Source: Candidatus Thorarchaeota archaeon (GTDB taxonomy: Archaea > Asgardarchaeota > Thorarchaeia > Thorarchaeales > Thorarchaeaceae). From it: DNA of 18,623 nucleotides. A program made the translations under genes and the position numbers. This document shows positions 1 through 9,674 of this stretch, in pieces; positions within the stretch are counted from its first letter, which is position 1, and the number at the start of each line of letters is the position of its first letter. The notes below the pieces were generated by a model. The model saw only the letters and a list, made by a program, of their open reading frames with translations, searched no databases and had not been told where the DNA came from. The DNA is taken from the NCBI GenBank assembly GCA_029858305.1, contig JAOUFI010000042.1, forward strand, positions 1 to 18,623, read 5' to 3'.

Positions 1-882
1 CCTCAGCAGTTCTTCTTCTGCCATGGCCTCATCTTTTACTGAGACCAACCATTTTGTTCTCCCGTTTACTTTCGTCGTGTTCACAGAGTTCACCCATGCC
101 TGCCTGGTGATCAAGTCCTCGGCTCTCTGTGGATTTCCTCTGATGGTAATTGAGTAGACAGTACCGTCTGCTCCTGCAAGGAGCTCGTTCAGAGGAGCAC
201 TTGCTACAAGATTTCCTCTGTTCAGAATTGCGACGCGGTCGCTGACTCTCTGCGCATCATCAAGAATGTGCGTGGAGTAGAAAATGGTCGCTCTACTCCT
301 GAGAGACTCCATCAGGTCAAGAACAGCCTCTCTACCATGAGGATCTAGCCCAGCCGCGGGTTCATCGAGAATGAGTAAGTCTGGATCGTTTATGAGAGCC
401 TGGGCGATTCCAAGTCGTTGTCTTTCTCCACCTGAAAAGCCCTTGACCTTTCGATCAGCGTTCTGACCAAGCTCAACTAGATGAAGCAACCTGTCGATTT
501 TACTCTCCAACTCGTTGCCACCTCCTTGATAGAAGAACTTGGCTGCAAATCTGAGGATTTGACGAGGAGTCATGTATTGCGAGTATTGTTGATTCTGAGC
601 CATGTATCCTATTCTAGAACGAATTCTCTTGTTTTCCACAGTAAGGTCATGACCAAGAATGGTTCCGCCTCCCGATGTCGGTTGAGTCAGACCCAAGAGT
701 AGCTTGATCGTTGTGGTTTTCCCCGCACCGTTCGGGCCCAGGAACGCGAAGACTGAATTCTTCGGTACCTGTAGATTAAGCCCCTTCACCGCATAGAAGT
801 CCCCAAAAGCCTTGCTTAGTCCGTGGATCTCAATCGCGGTGTGGTTTACACTTTCCTTGTTTTTTTCTTGTGATTCTGTCAT
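1..882 (-). CDS. ABC transporter ATP-binding protein (ABC-2/DrrA-like), 3' end runs off the window
   Basis: Manual translation from ATG at 882: MTESQEKNKESVNHTAIEIHGLSKAFGDFYAVKGLNLQVPKNSVFAFLGPNGAGKTT (Walker A), FSGGERQRLGIAQAL (signature), LLILDEP (Walker B), STH (H-loop). Not in the ORF track because there is no stop inside the window. Confidence 0.93.
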   Translation of the reverse strand, partial: MTESQEKNKESVNHTAIEIHGLSKAFGDFYAVKGLNLQVPKNSVFAFLGPNGAGKTTTIKLLLGLTQPTSGGGTILGHDLTVENKRIRSRIGYMAQNQQYSQYMTPRQILRFAAKFFYQGGGNELESKIDRLLHLVELGQNADRKVKGFSGGERQRLGIAQALINDPDLLILDEPAAGLDPHGREAVLDLMESLRSRATIFYSTHILDDAQRVSDRVAILNRGNLVASAPLNELLAGADGTVYSITIRGNPQRAEDLITRQAWVNSVNTTKVNGRTKWLVSVKDEAMAEEELLR

Positions 883-1021
883 AATGATTCACAATCACAA
901 TATCATCAGAAACAGGATATCTAGCTGTGTCACGTATGATGTTGATAAGAATACAAGAAAAGGCTCTAAGAATGTCATTTTGTAAAGAGAGGACGTTACA
1001 AAGTGATTGAACCGAGTCTAT

Positions 1022-1939
1022 CTATACTCCTGCAGCTTGAACGGTCTCTTCGAGCAAGAGCCTCTTGATACCCTTGTATCTATACGCTGGTCTGTAGACG
1101 AACGCTTCGGAATATATAATGCCAGGGTAAAACTTAAGCTCGGTTGTAAGAGTGTCGACTTGATTCAAGTTGTCAACAATCGCAGCACCCATCAGAATTG
1201 GCTCACTTGCAGATATGAAAAGATCCCAGAATATATCTTGGTATTTTGTCAACAGCAGATCTGTAATCTTTTCCCTAGATACCTGCTTTGGGTCCCATTC
1301 TAACTTAAGAAGAAAAGTCAGCCTATCACCCACGTTAAAACGGCATCTGAGTGAGAACCTAATTGCCTCACTCTGCTTTAGCTCTCGCAATGTCCTTCGA
1401 ACAAGACGCACTGTCAAACCTGTTTCACTAGCAATATCACTGATCAGCATCCTAGCATCTTTAAGGAGTGCCTTGAGAATCCTCAGCTGAAGATTCGTCA
1501 AGCTCGCCTTCTTTCCTCTTTGGGTGAGTATAGTATGCACCTCGGTGGATGCGATATGAGGATTGCTACTGAAAGCTTCAGTAAGAGCTGCCAGCTCTAA
1601 TGAACTTGTGTACTCAGCAAACACCAAATAGTCCCCGCCATAGATTGGAGTAATCTGTAGAATACTTCTGTTGGCAGCTATATCCGAAATGAATTGTTCC
1701 GTATCATTTATGGTGCCTGTCTTGAGCCAGATACTTATGAGTTCAGATCCAATCATAGCTGGCGACAACTCAACAGTAAAATCTATTATAGCTCCACCAG
1801 CGACCATGTCATCGACTCTACTTTTGATAGCAGTAACGGACATTCCTAGAGATTTGGCAATCTCTCTATACGGCGCTCTACAGTCAGTAGCTAGAATTCC
1901 AAGTATCTTCCTGTCAATGTGATCTAATTTGGGCATCAA
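1022..1939 (-). CDS. Lrp/AsnC family regulator with two tandem HTH+RAM units (likely start ATG at 1936)
   Basis: LDHIDRKILGILATDCRAPYREIAKSLGMS and LTNLQLRILKALLKDARMLISDIASETGLT are both AsnC-type wHTH motifs. Confidence 0.88.
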   Translation of the reverse strand: MMPKLDHIDRKILGILATDCRAPYREIAKSLGMSVTAIKSRVDDMVAGGAIIDFTVELSPAMIGSELISIWLKTGTINDTEQFISDIAANRSILQITPIYGGDYLVFAEYTSSLELAALTEAFSSNPHIASTEVHTILTQRGKKASLTNLQLRILKALLKDARMLISDIASETGLTVRLVRRTLRELKQSEAIRFSLRCRFNVGDRLTFLLKLEWDPKQVSREKITDLLLTKYQDIFWDLFISASEPILMGAAIVDNLNQVDTLTTELKFYPGIIYSEAFVYRPAYRYKGIKRLLLEETVQAAGV

Positions 1940-1945
1940 AAAGGT

Positions 1946-2062
1946 CTATCAATATGGAATACATTAAGATATTGATAGTTAAATCACTACTTGAGCAAAA
2001 CTTCGTGGACAAATAACAGGAGGGCATCACTAACAATTATTGTTGATTGCCGCAATTATTGC
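1946..2062. promoter_or_regulatory. Candidate operator palindromes in the divergent Lrp / ATC-hydrolase promoter region
   Basis: CTATCAATAT-N13-ATATTGATAG (1946-1978); AACAATTATTGTT (2032-2044); GCAATTATTGC (2052-2062). Confidence 0.45.
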
Positions 2063-2097
2063 TTTGATTATAGAGATTAAAAGCACGCATTTTCAGC

Positions 2098-2847
2098 GTG
2101 ATTTTCATGGCATCAACTGACAATCTTTATGTCCAAGAAAAAAACCATTGGCTGAAATATTATCGCAGCATTATGGAGAATAAAAGAGTTCAACGCTCTG
2201 TGCTTCAAAAATATCTCACTCCCGAAAAAATAGAAGAACTGAAATCAAGCATGCTGCAGCAATTTGAAGAGCTGCTGCCGCAACTCCCAGATTTCGGTAG
2301 AAAGCAGAGAAGTCAATTCTCAACAGACATGGTTAAGACTGCACTTTCTTTGGCGTTTTATCGAGCCTTAAAAGAGGAGGGATTTCAACTTCCTGTTATC
2401 GGGCAGATAATCTTTGAAATTAGTGAGGCTTATTATGGAAGCCTGAATCCAATAATGAAATTCATCATGCGAAGGTTTTACCTCGCTTCATCTACTCATA
2501 GGAAGGCCAAGAAGGCGATAGAACAGAGGAAACTGCCTCTTGATCCTGAGGACTATCATTGTACTTTTGTTGAAGGTGACGAAGAGAATTTGCTTTTTGG
2601 TTTGGACTACACAAACTGTGCAGGGCTCCATTTGCTAAAAAACCATAATGCATTAGAATTGGCACCATACCTTTGTTTGTGTGATTATCCAATATACAGA
2701 GCGATCAACATAGGTTTTAATCGCACTCAGAATCTTGCGATTGGTGGAACGGCATGTATGTTTCGATGGTACCGTAATTATCCGACTGAGAGAGGCTGGC
2801 CGCCCGTAGAGGTGACTGAATACAAAGACTTCAAATTCAAGGAATAA
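2098..2847 (+). CDS. L-2-amino-thiazoline-4-carboxylic acid hydrolase-like (ATC hydrolase family) protein
   Basis: C-terminal DYTNC...ELAPYLCLCDY...GFNRTQNLAIGGTACMFRW matches the family's Cys pattern. Likely start ATG at 2107. Confidence 0.8.
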   Translation: MIFMASTDNLYVQEKNHWLKYYRSIMENKRVQRSVLQKYLTPEKIEELKSSMLQQFEELLPQLPDFGRKQRSQFSTDMVKTALSLAFYRALKEEGFQLPVIGQIIFEISEAYYGSLNPIMKFIMRRFYLASSTHRKAKKAIEQRKLPLDPEDYHCTFVEGDEENLLFGLDYTNCAGLHLLKNHNALELAPYLCLCDYPIYRAINIGFNRTQNLAIGGTACMFRWYRNYPTERGWPPVEVTEYKDFKFKE

Positions 2848-2995
2848 AGCTCTATAGGAAAGCTAAACGAAATCAGTTCTAAGTCCAATTGTAAAGAGCA
2901 GATGATTCATGAAATTAATCATGCGCTCCTTCTCAGAGAATACTAATCAGGCTGGAAGAGATAGAAGATTCTCTTGGAACCTAGAAGCTATTCCA

Positions 2996-3391
2996 TTAGG
3001 TCTCATGAAATTGTTTGAATCTCCTGAGATATACCAGATCCAGAACCAATAGAAACGCTCCTTGGATAATGATTCCGTATCCATTTCCTATGAGAAATGC
3101 ATCTTGTCCCAACAAAATAAGTGGCAGACCAATGATTGGATAGATGAAGTCCAGGCTGATGCTGATAGTTAGTTCTCGTTTGATTTTCTCAAGAATGTGC
3201 TCTCTCCGTCTTAATAATATGAACGCGATAACGAGGTTGATTGAGCCCCAGAGCATGGCTTCAAGACCTATTCCTTGGAGTAATAGAGCAAAAGAGAAGA
3301 AATACAGTGCAATACCAGCTATGATACTTGCCATACTCCAAATCAGCAGAATAGTTTTTAGTGTCTTATTGAGATTTTCAATAGAGTTCAA
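2996..3391 (-). CDS. Small 4-TM membrane protein (DUF6992-like)
   Basis: Four hydrophobic segments; WGSINLVIA, LDFIY and GYGIIIQGAFLLVLD motifs. Confidence 0.65.
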   Translation of the reverse strand: MNSIENLNKTLKTILLIWSMASIIAGIALYFFSFALLLQGIGLEAMLWGSINLVIAFILLRRREHILEKIKRELTISISLDFIYPIIGLPLILLGQDAFLIGNGYGIIIQGAFLLVLDLVYLRRFKQFHET

Positions 3392-3512
3392 ATAATTTGC
3401 CTCCTAGAAGGCAACTTCGTATTCATATCTAAGTTTGTCGCAATAGTTTCCAGAAGGTGTTACTCTTGCACAGGAAAGAATCGAATTGACAACCTGAACA
3501 ATATAAAGGAGA

Positions 3513-3537
3513 GGAGTTGGCTCATGGTGCCAACTCC
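3513..3537 (-). terminator. Hairpin downstream of scar copy A
   Basis: GGAGTTGGC-tcatggt-GCCAACTCC, perfect 9-bp stem, followed by a pyrimidine/T-rich tract on the minus strand. Confidence 0.6.
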
Positions 3538-3550
3538 ACAATACTTGCGT

Positions 3551-3601
3551 TTAAACAGTGGTCGTGACACATTCGATGACAGACTGACAGAGCTCCTTGA
3601 T
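3551..3601 (-). repeat. Gene 3'-end scar copy A (most decayed): IKELCQSVIECVTTTV*
   Basis: Aligns without gaps to MKELCQPVFEWVKTMK*, with the stop at the same position. Confidence 0.75.
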
Positions 3602-3641
3602 GGAGGAATAATCTGTGTATTCCAGTCGTCACTACTATCAT

Positions 3642-6026
3642 TCAAGACATCAGTCGTTCGCGGATTACTCGGTCGATATCAATTCTTCTAAGTTTCCTTG
3701 CAGCAGGAATTACTGCGATGATAGCTGTGAAGATAGTCAGTAGTCCAATAACCAAGACCATCGCAAAATCGATTGATGGCTCATAGAAAGGTATGTAGGT
3801 CTTCATGAATTCATTCAAGAACCCAGTGAATAACTGACCGAGTGGAATCGATAGAATGATTCCGAAACAACTGACAATAAGCACTTCGACAAGTAGTAGC
3901 CGAGTCAACATATTTCTTGACCATCCTAGTGCCTCCAATTGAGCAAGTTCTGGTGTCCTCTCGCTTGTACTGATAGAAACGATATTCCAGACGACAGCTA
4001 GTAATAGAATCATAGCCATTGCAGCCATACCAACTGAAATGGCTGTCCCCTGTGTTTCGCTGAGTGTTCCGCTTGATGCCTGCAGTTTAGTCATGGAGTT
4101 CTCCACATCTGTAAGAGCGAAGACTTCATCTGCAACTGCATCAGGATCGCTGCCAGTGGTGATTCTTACAAACGCACCACTTATCATTTCTTGATGTAGA
4201 TAACTCATGGCTTCTGCAAATTCCATGTAGAATACATTCAAAGGTGAACTGACTATTCCTACAACAGTAGATACTATTGATGAGTTCCCCAAGGTAAGAT
4301 TGACTGCATCATTCGCAGAGATGCCGAGCATCTCAGCAATTGTGATGTCAACAAGAATCTCTCCAGTATTTTGGATTGTTCTTCCGGATTCAAGATTAAA
4401 ACGATGCAAAGAGCCATCGGAATTTAAGCATAACACACTCACCAGTCTTTCCTCTTCATCTACAACAGCTGTCGTTCCTAGTTTCAAATATGGCTCATAG
4501 ATATCAATACCCTCTATAGGAGCTAGAAGATTCTCAACTTGTGTTGTGTTGAGTGGTTGCTTAAAGTCTACAAGTAAATCCCATTGCTCGTATTGATACA
4601 TATACGTTGCAATGCTAGTATTATAGCCCGTAACTAATGTTGTGCCCATAAAAGCGACTGCACCACCGAGAGAGATACCAATGATAAGAAGAGCCGCACG
4701 CATCTTGTTCAAAGACATGCTCCTTACAATGTACTTGAAACCGTAACCAGAGATGCCTGCTTTTTCGCCAATTTTCTCCAGTATAGGTTCGCCTACATAC
4801 CCCTTCTCCATCATCCATCCTCGAATAGCACGAATAGGTTCATATCCAGTAATTCTACGGGTTGGAAAATATGTAGCTACGAGAACTGAACAGGGTCCAA
4901 CAATCAGGGCAACTATATAGATGATGGGAGATAGAGCAGCTGTCTGTGCCTCCATCGAGTACATTGTAAGAATCGAACTGATGAAGACTTGTCCACCTGG
5001 TTCGCCAAGTGGAATAGCGATCAATGTAGTGATTAATGCGAGAACTCCTAACCAGAGTAGGTATGCACGTTGAATAGCTGCATCCGAATAGCCAAGGGAT
5101 TTTGATATTCCGATAGACCTAGAGTTGGACTGAATTATTCTACTGACTGTGGTATAAACAACAAAGACAGCAACGACAAAGATCAATCCTGAGAAGAGAA
5201 CTACAGCTTCATCTGCAATCTCAAATCTTTGAAGTTCTGCACTTCTCAAGTCATTAGTTTCTAAGGTTGTGACGATTGGATAGGGTTCTATCTCTGAAAG
5301 AATATGGTTAAAAATTACGGTTTGATTGTATCCATTTTCAAACCGCACAAGGATTTCATTTACAACATCTTTCTCTCCAGAACCAGCATACAAAAAATCT
5401 TGCAGCACAGATATGTCAATCCAAATAGGAGCTATAGAGGAAAAGGTTGCTCTTGAAGGCGCATGGATGAGTTGCTTTGGATTTCTGTGAGGGAGCAGGT
5501 GCTCTATTGAATTCACGATTCCCACAACCTCCACTTCGAATTCAGACCCAAAGACCTTCAGGATTAGTTCAGAACCAAGAGCTAGTCCATTTGAAGATGC
5601 AAAGGATCGCTCAACAAGAATTGTGTGGTTATTCATCGGGTCCAAATATGTTCCTTCAGAGAGTATCAATTTGAATACTTCAGGAGGTGTGTTTGGGTCG
5701 ATGCCATAGATATCAGCAGGATTTTCATCATGACCTGTGAAACTCGCTTCGCCGAAAATATGATACCTACTAGTAACTCCTTCAACTCCTTCAATATCCT
5801 TAATGCCCGATATGTGTTCTCGAGGGACCGCATATGCCACTGCCATGAAGTCAGGTGATGCATAGGTCTCGTAGGTGGCATCCAAACTTACTCTCATGAC
5901 AGGAAACATTGCAGAAAAGGCAACAAAACAGAAAACTCCAATGAATACTAGGGTTAGACTGCTAATCACCTTCCCTTTCTGGCCGAAAATTTCCTTCCGC
6001 GTCTTCCGTAGAAGTGTGCCAGCCAA
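3642..6026 (-). CDS. FtsX/MacB-like ABC transporter permease (duplicated architecture)
   Basis: Two units of TM + extracytoplasmic domain + FtsX-like TMs; IGISKSLGYS and ERTPELAQLEALGWS motifs; directly downstream of the ATPase. Confidence 0.9.
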   Translation of the reverse strand: MAGTLLRKTRKEIFGQKGKVISSLTLVFIGVFCFVAFSAMFPVMRVSLDATYETYASPDFMAVAYAVPREHISGIKDIEGVEGVTSRYHIFGEASFTGHDENPADIYGIDPNTPPEVFKLILSEGTYLDPMNNHTILVERSFASSNGLALGSELILKVFGSEFEVEVVGIVNSIEHLLPHRNPKQLIHAPSRATFSSIAPIWIDISVLQDFLYAGSGEKDVVNEILVRFENGYNQTVIFNHILSEIEPYPIVTTLETNDLRSAELQRFEIADEAVVLFSGLIFVVAVFVVYTTVSRIIQSNSRSIGISKSLGYSDAAIQRAYLLWLGVLALITTLIAIPLGEPGGQVFISSILTMYSMEAQTAALSPIIYIVALIVGPCSVLVATYFPTRRITGYEPIRAIRGWMMEKGYVGEPILEKIGEKAGISGYGFKYIVRSMSLNKMRAALLIIGISLGGAVAFMGTTLVTGYNTSIATYMYQYEQWDLLVDFKQPLNTTQVENLLAPIEGIDIYEPYLKLGTTAVVDEEERLVSVLCLNSDGSLHRFNLESGRTIQNTGEILVDITIAEMLGISANDAVNLTLGNSSIVSTVVGIVSSPLNVFYMEFAEAMSYLHQEMISGAFVRITTGSDPDAVADEVFALTDVENSMTKLQASSGTLSETQGTAISVGMAAMAMILLLAVVWNIVSISTSERTPELAQLEALGWSRNMLTRLLLVEVLIVSCFGIILSIPLGQLFTGFLNEFMKTYIPFYEPSIDFAMVLVIGLLTIFTAIIAVIPAARKLRRIDIDRVIRERLMS

Positions 6027-6028
6027 AT

Positions 6029-6736
6029 CTACCCCTCCTCATTGGATTCAGAAACGCCATAGACCTTTCCGGATCGCAAGAATATTGACCTATCAGCGAC
6101 CCTTGATACTGAAATCTGATGAGTTACAGCGATGATCGTAGCTCCAGTCTTAGTATTCAGTTCTTTAAGCAATGCCCAGATAGCATCCGAGGTCTCTGCA
6201 TCTAAGTTGCCTGTAGGTTCATCAAGAATAAGAATAGGAGATTGTTTAGCTAGACCTCGTGCGATAGCAACACGTTGCTGTTCGCCGCCACTCATTTGGG
6301 ATGGATAGTTAGTTGCCTTATCTAATATTCCGACGAGTTCGAGATAATGAGAGGCTCGTCTGCGAAGTTCTTGTTTATCTTTGATATCGAGAGCGATGCC
6401 AATCTCTACATTTTCTAACGCCGTGAGAGTGGGAAATAGATTATAGAACTGGAAGACTAGCCCTACACTCGTCCGTCTGAAGTGCGTTCGCTCATCCCTA
6501 CTCATATTTGAGATATCTGTTCCAGCTACCACTACTCTTCCAGAGGTTGGAACATCTAGAGCAGAGAGCATATTCAGGAGCGTAGTCTTTCCTGATCCTG
6601 ATTGACCTAGTATTGCTAGGAACTCTCCTTCCATTATTTCAAAAGAAATACCACGAAGAGCATGAACAATGGTCTCTCCAAGGGTGTAGTCTTTCTTTAT
6701 ATCTTCAATCTGAACAAGTGATGTTGAACTTGTCAT
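6029..6736 (-). CDS. LolD/MacB-type ABC transporter ATP-binding protein
   Basis: [38 protein letters not shown]. Confidence 0.95.
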   Translation of the reverse strand: MTSSTSLVQIEDIKKDYTLGETIVHALRGISFEIMEGEFLAILGQSGSGKTTLLNMLSALDVPTSGRVVVAGTDISNMSRDERTHFRRTSVGLVFQFYNLFPTLTALENVEIGIALDIKDKQELRRRASHYLELVGILDKATNYPSQMSGGEQQRVAIARGLAKQSPILILDEPTGNLDAETSDAIWALLKELNTKTGATIIAVTHQISVSRVADRSIFLRSGKVYGVSESNEEG

Positions 6737-6820
6737 TGTGCGTCACCGATGTTGAAGAAGCAAAATCAAACGTATAAGAACTAGAACGCTAACGCAACTA
6801 GTAGAGTATGGGGAAATAGT

Positions 6821-6852
6821 TTCTTTACGTCGAAGTAATAATACATAAAGAA
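6821..6852. promoter_or_regulatory. Candidate ArsR operator
   Basis: TTCTTTACGT-N12-ACATAAAGAA (9/10 inverted repeat) in the divergent ABC / ArsR intergenic region. Confidence 0.35.
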
Positions 6853-6872
6853 GTGTTTACCTACTCAAACTC

Positions 6873-7472
6873 GTGAGAATACAAATGGATCTTGCCAAAG
6901 CCTCCAAGGCTCTTTCAAATCCAACAAGAGTAAGACTTCTTGAATATCTGCTTGAAAAACGGATCATGAATAAAGGAGACTTGATGTCAGAACTTGGACT
7001 TGAGAGAGCTGCACTAGATCACCATCTCAAACCCCTGATTAACGCTGGACTTGTTCAGACGATAGACGTAATTATCGATAGAGTCAGAAATTGTCTCTGT
7101 TTTCCCCTATTCTCAGTTACAATCACAAGTAAGCAGGAATTATCACCTGAAGTCGTTAGAGATGTCATCGGAGATGAGATTGAAAGTGACATAAACCATG
7201 ATGAGATTCAAGCAAAAGCTCAGAGAGAAGTAACGGCTGGGAATCTACATCAGGAAGATGCTGTCGCTATTGTGCGTACCCTCTTCGAACATAGAGGGAG
7301 AGGTACGAAGAACATGTGTTCTGTCTGTGGTAGGATAAAGAGGATGATAGACCTCTCTCTTTGTAATCAATGTTTCAGACCAGTCTGCTCAACCTGTGGT
7401 CGCAGGATTAAGAAGGATAAAGACATGATGGAATTACTTTGTGATAGGTGTGTTTCTCAATTGTTTGGATAG
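6873..7472 (+). CDS. ArsR-family wHTH regulator with a C-terminal 8-Cys zinc finger
   Basis: KALSNPTRVRLLEYL...LDHHLKPLINAGLV; C-terminal CSVC-x11-CNQC-x4-CSTC-x14-CDRC. Confidence 0.82.
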   Translation: MRIQMDLAKASKALSNPTRVRLLEYLLEKRIMNKGDLMSELGLERAALDHHLKPLINAGLVQTIDVIIDRVRNCLCFPLFSVTITSKQELSPEVVRDVIGDEIESDINHDEIQAKAQREVTAGNLHQEDAVAIVRTLFEHRGRGTKNMCSVCGRIKRMIDLSLCNQCFRPVCSTCGRRIKKDKDMMELLCDRCVSQLFG

Positions 7473-7557
7473 TCAAAAGAACGAGTACTTTACTTTTCAA
7501 TTGCTTCTTGTTCGTATTTACTGTAAAAGGTATGAATTTATCAAAAAACTCAGATTA

Positions 7558-7579
7558 TCTATTGGATTGTGCCAATAGA
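7558..7579. terminator. Hairpin between the convergent ArsR and PCD genes
   Basis: TCTATTGG-attgtg-CCAATAGA, 10 nt from the PCD stop. Confidence 0.5.
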
Positions 7580-7589
7580 ATTCCTCAAC

Positions 7590-7943
7590 TTACTTTGTTT
7601 TCATTTCATCGATTTTTGCAGCCAATATGAAATCATTTTCATGAAGACCATTGATGGCATGTGTCCAAAGCGTCAACTCAACAATATTCCATTGAATGAA
7701 TATATCCGGGTGATGACCTTGTTCTTCAGCTACTTCAGCTACTCTATTAGTAAACTCCATTGCCTTGACAAAATTCTTGAATTTGTACTCGCGTCTGATT
7801 TTATCGACTCCATCTTCCTTTATTCTCTCCCACCCTGGAACAGCCGGAAGCATTTTTTTGATTTTCAAATCAATCAGGGGAGGTATTCCACCCCTGCACG
7901 GAACACACTTCAGGTTCGCGAGTTCTCTCCTGGTTTCAGCCAT
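7590..7943 (-). CDS. phhB: Pterin-4-alpha-carbinolamine dehydratase
   Basis: CVPCRGG, FKNFVKAMEFTNRVAEVAEEQGHHPDI, LWTHAINGLHENDFILAAKID. Confidence 0.95.
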   Translation of the reverse strand: MAETRRELANLKCVPCRGGIPPLIDLKIKKMLPAVPGWERIKEDGVDKIRREYKFKNFVKAMEFTNRVAEVAEEQGHHPDIFIQWNIVELTLWTHAINGLHENDFILAAKIDEMKTK

Positions 7944-8025
7944 AAAATCAGTCTCCAGATTGAGGGTTATTGAAACTGTATCCCATTACTTATAGGATTT
8001 TAGGAATCGACTCAGTTTCTTATTG

Positions 8026-8259
8026 TCAATCCTCACTCAATTTACTTTCAGAGCGCATTTTTTCAAGCTGTTTTCGATCTTCATAGGTCTTGTATACACC
8101 GACTGCCACAGCGCAAGGACCGACAGCACGAATCCTCGATTGCTTTTTCTGATGCGTCCAGATTCTGTTTGTGCTACGAATTCTTGAGTTTCTATCGATG
8201 ATCAGGATAAAGACTATGACGACGATTCCAGTAAGAAGCAGTATCATACCTAGATCCAT
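8026..8259 (-). CDS. Small single-TM hypothetical protein
   Basis: ATG start, N-terminal hydrophobic helix, basic tail; fills an otherwise empty gap. Confidence 0.55.
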   Translation of the reverse strand: MDLGMILLLTGIVVIVFILIIDRNSRIRSTNRIWTHQKKQSRIRAVGPCAVAVGVYKTYEDRKQLEKMRSESKLSED

Positions 8260-8443
8260 GCTCAGCTCGCGTCCTGGAGAAATATAAAGAGAATGAATAA
8301 AGCATCTCTTCTTGCACCTAATCCAAGTGAGATGAAGTCCGAAGTTGGCTGAACAAGTTTCTCAGGTATAGGTGCCAGATTGCAGGGAGTTCTGAATACA
8401 AAAAGAGCCGTTTGAAAGGAAGTCGCTCATATGTATTGTTCAA

Positions 8444-8571
8444 TCATTTCTTCGTCTTTAACCATTCAAAGACAGGTTTGCAGAGCTCCTTCATACGCTA
8501 TTTCTCCGGGTTCATAGGCAAGGTTTCCATCCGTCTGCTGGCTCGAAGTGCCAGTTGGCAACATTCCTCTC
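8444..8571 (-). pseudogene. Gene 3'-end scar copy B (longest): ERNVANWHFEPADGWKP/[frameshift]PMNPEK*RMKELCKPVFEWLKTKK*
   Basis: Manual translation: internal TAG at 8498-8500 and a frameshift at 8519-8520; clearly similar to copies D and F at the nucleotide level. Confidence 0.85.
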
Positions 8572-8658
8572 GACTAATGACCCTTAAACGTTGCATGCAA
8601 GGTTTTTATCCCCTACTATCTTCGTTTATACCAACATCCCATGAGAGGAAGTTAAAGC

Positions 8659-9546
8659 TTGAAGAGAGAGAATAGCGAGATATCTATAGAAAAGAGGCCA
8701 GAAGCTGGTTTCAGTGCGACGGTAAAGGGATTCCTGATGATTCTCTTTATTGGATGCAGCTTTCTCGTCTTCAATGTAGGTGGGTATAATAATTTCATAC
8801 CGAGCAATTTGACCCTTCTGACGAGATTTGTCATTGTATGTATTTTATCTCTCTGCACTTTTATTCTTTATAAGAAAGATAGCACACAAAATGGATTCTG
8901 GCGACTGTCCTTCTCGTTTTTGATCGCATCAATTGGGCTTCTTTGCGCCTGGATTTTCGGAAGATGGTATGAACTCATCCCCGGACTCTCACTAACCACT
9001 ATTGAGGGCGTAGCACTTGCGAAGTTTGCGGAGGTTCTCCCAATAGTCATTCCGATAATAATAGGCATATGGTTAGTTGAACGAGATTTCACAATGATTT
9101 TCCTCTCCGGAGGAAACCTCAAGAGATCGGTCATACTCGGACTCGTTTTATCGCCGGTCGCACTCATCCCATTCTTCGCTCTTGGTGGGCTTGGACTCTC
9201 TGCAAGCATGGGTATGATAATTGGGTGGATACCATGGATGCTTGTCTTTGCATTTAGCAATGCATTCATGGAAGAGCTGATGATCAGAGGTCTATTTCTG
9301 AACAAGTATAATTCTCTCTTCGGCCAAACGCAATCACTGGTTCTCACGTCCGTGATATTTGCAATATTCCATCAGGCAATATTGAGTTATACAGACATTA
9401 TCATGTTCTCAGCCTTTCTAGGAATCACGTTTGTGCTCGGTCTGGTATGGGGCTATATAATGCAGAACTCGCGCAATATATGGGGAGCAGTTATAGCGCA
9501 TGCAGTCGCGGACATTCTATTGCTGCTCACTGTTTTTGGAGTCTAG
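8659..9546 (+). CDS. CPBP family intramembrane glutamic endopeptidase (CAAX/Abi)
   Basis: Multi-TM; EELMIRG, FAIFH and AH motifs. Confidence 0.9.
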   Translation: MKRENSEISIEKRPEAGFSATVKGFLMILFIGCSFLVFNVGGYNNFIPSNLTLLTRFVIVCILSLCTFILYKKDSTQNGFWRLSFSFLIASIGLLCAWIFGRWYELIPGLSLTTIEGVALAKFAEVLPIVIPIIIGIWLVERDFTMIFLSGGNLKRSVILGLVLSPVALIPFFALGGLGLSASMGMIIGWIPWMLVFAFSNAFMEELMIRGLFLNKYNSLFGQTQSLVLTSVIFAIFHQAILSYTDIIMFSAFLGITFVLGLVWGYIMQNSRNIWGAVIAHAVADILLLLTVFGV

Positions 9547-9604
9547 CATTCCAGAGAATGGAGATGAAAAACAATTTGTTTGGCCTTTAATTTGATTTCC
9601 GCTT

Positions 9605-9628
9605 CTAGGTCTTGACCCATTCATAGAC
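9605..9628 (-). repeat. Gene 3'-end scar copy C (shortest): VYEWVKT*
   Basis: GGTCTTGACCCATTCATAGAC matches copy D at 20 of 21 positions. Confidence 0.75.
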
Positions 9629-9674
9629 CTATGGAGTCCTTTCACACATTCTTTCTTAGAAATCATTCCAATAC

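Noticed and set aside
481-1922. Short plus-strand ORFs (481, 1007, 1170, 1671) and similar overlapping ORFs elsewhere
   Set aside because: Antisense or alternate-frame shadows of well-supported genes.
8412-8675. 87-aa plus-strand ORF
   Set aside because: Antisense shadow of scar B; no protein-like features.
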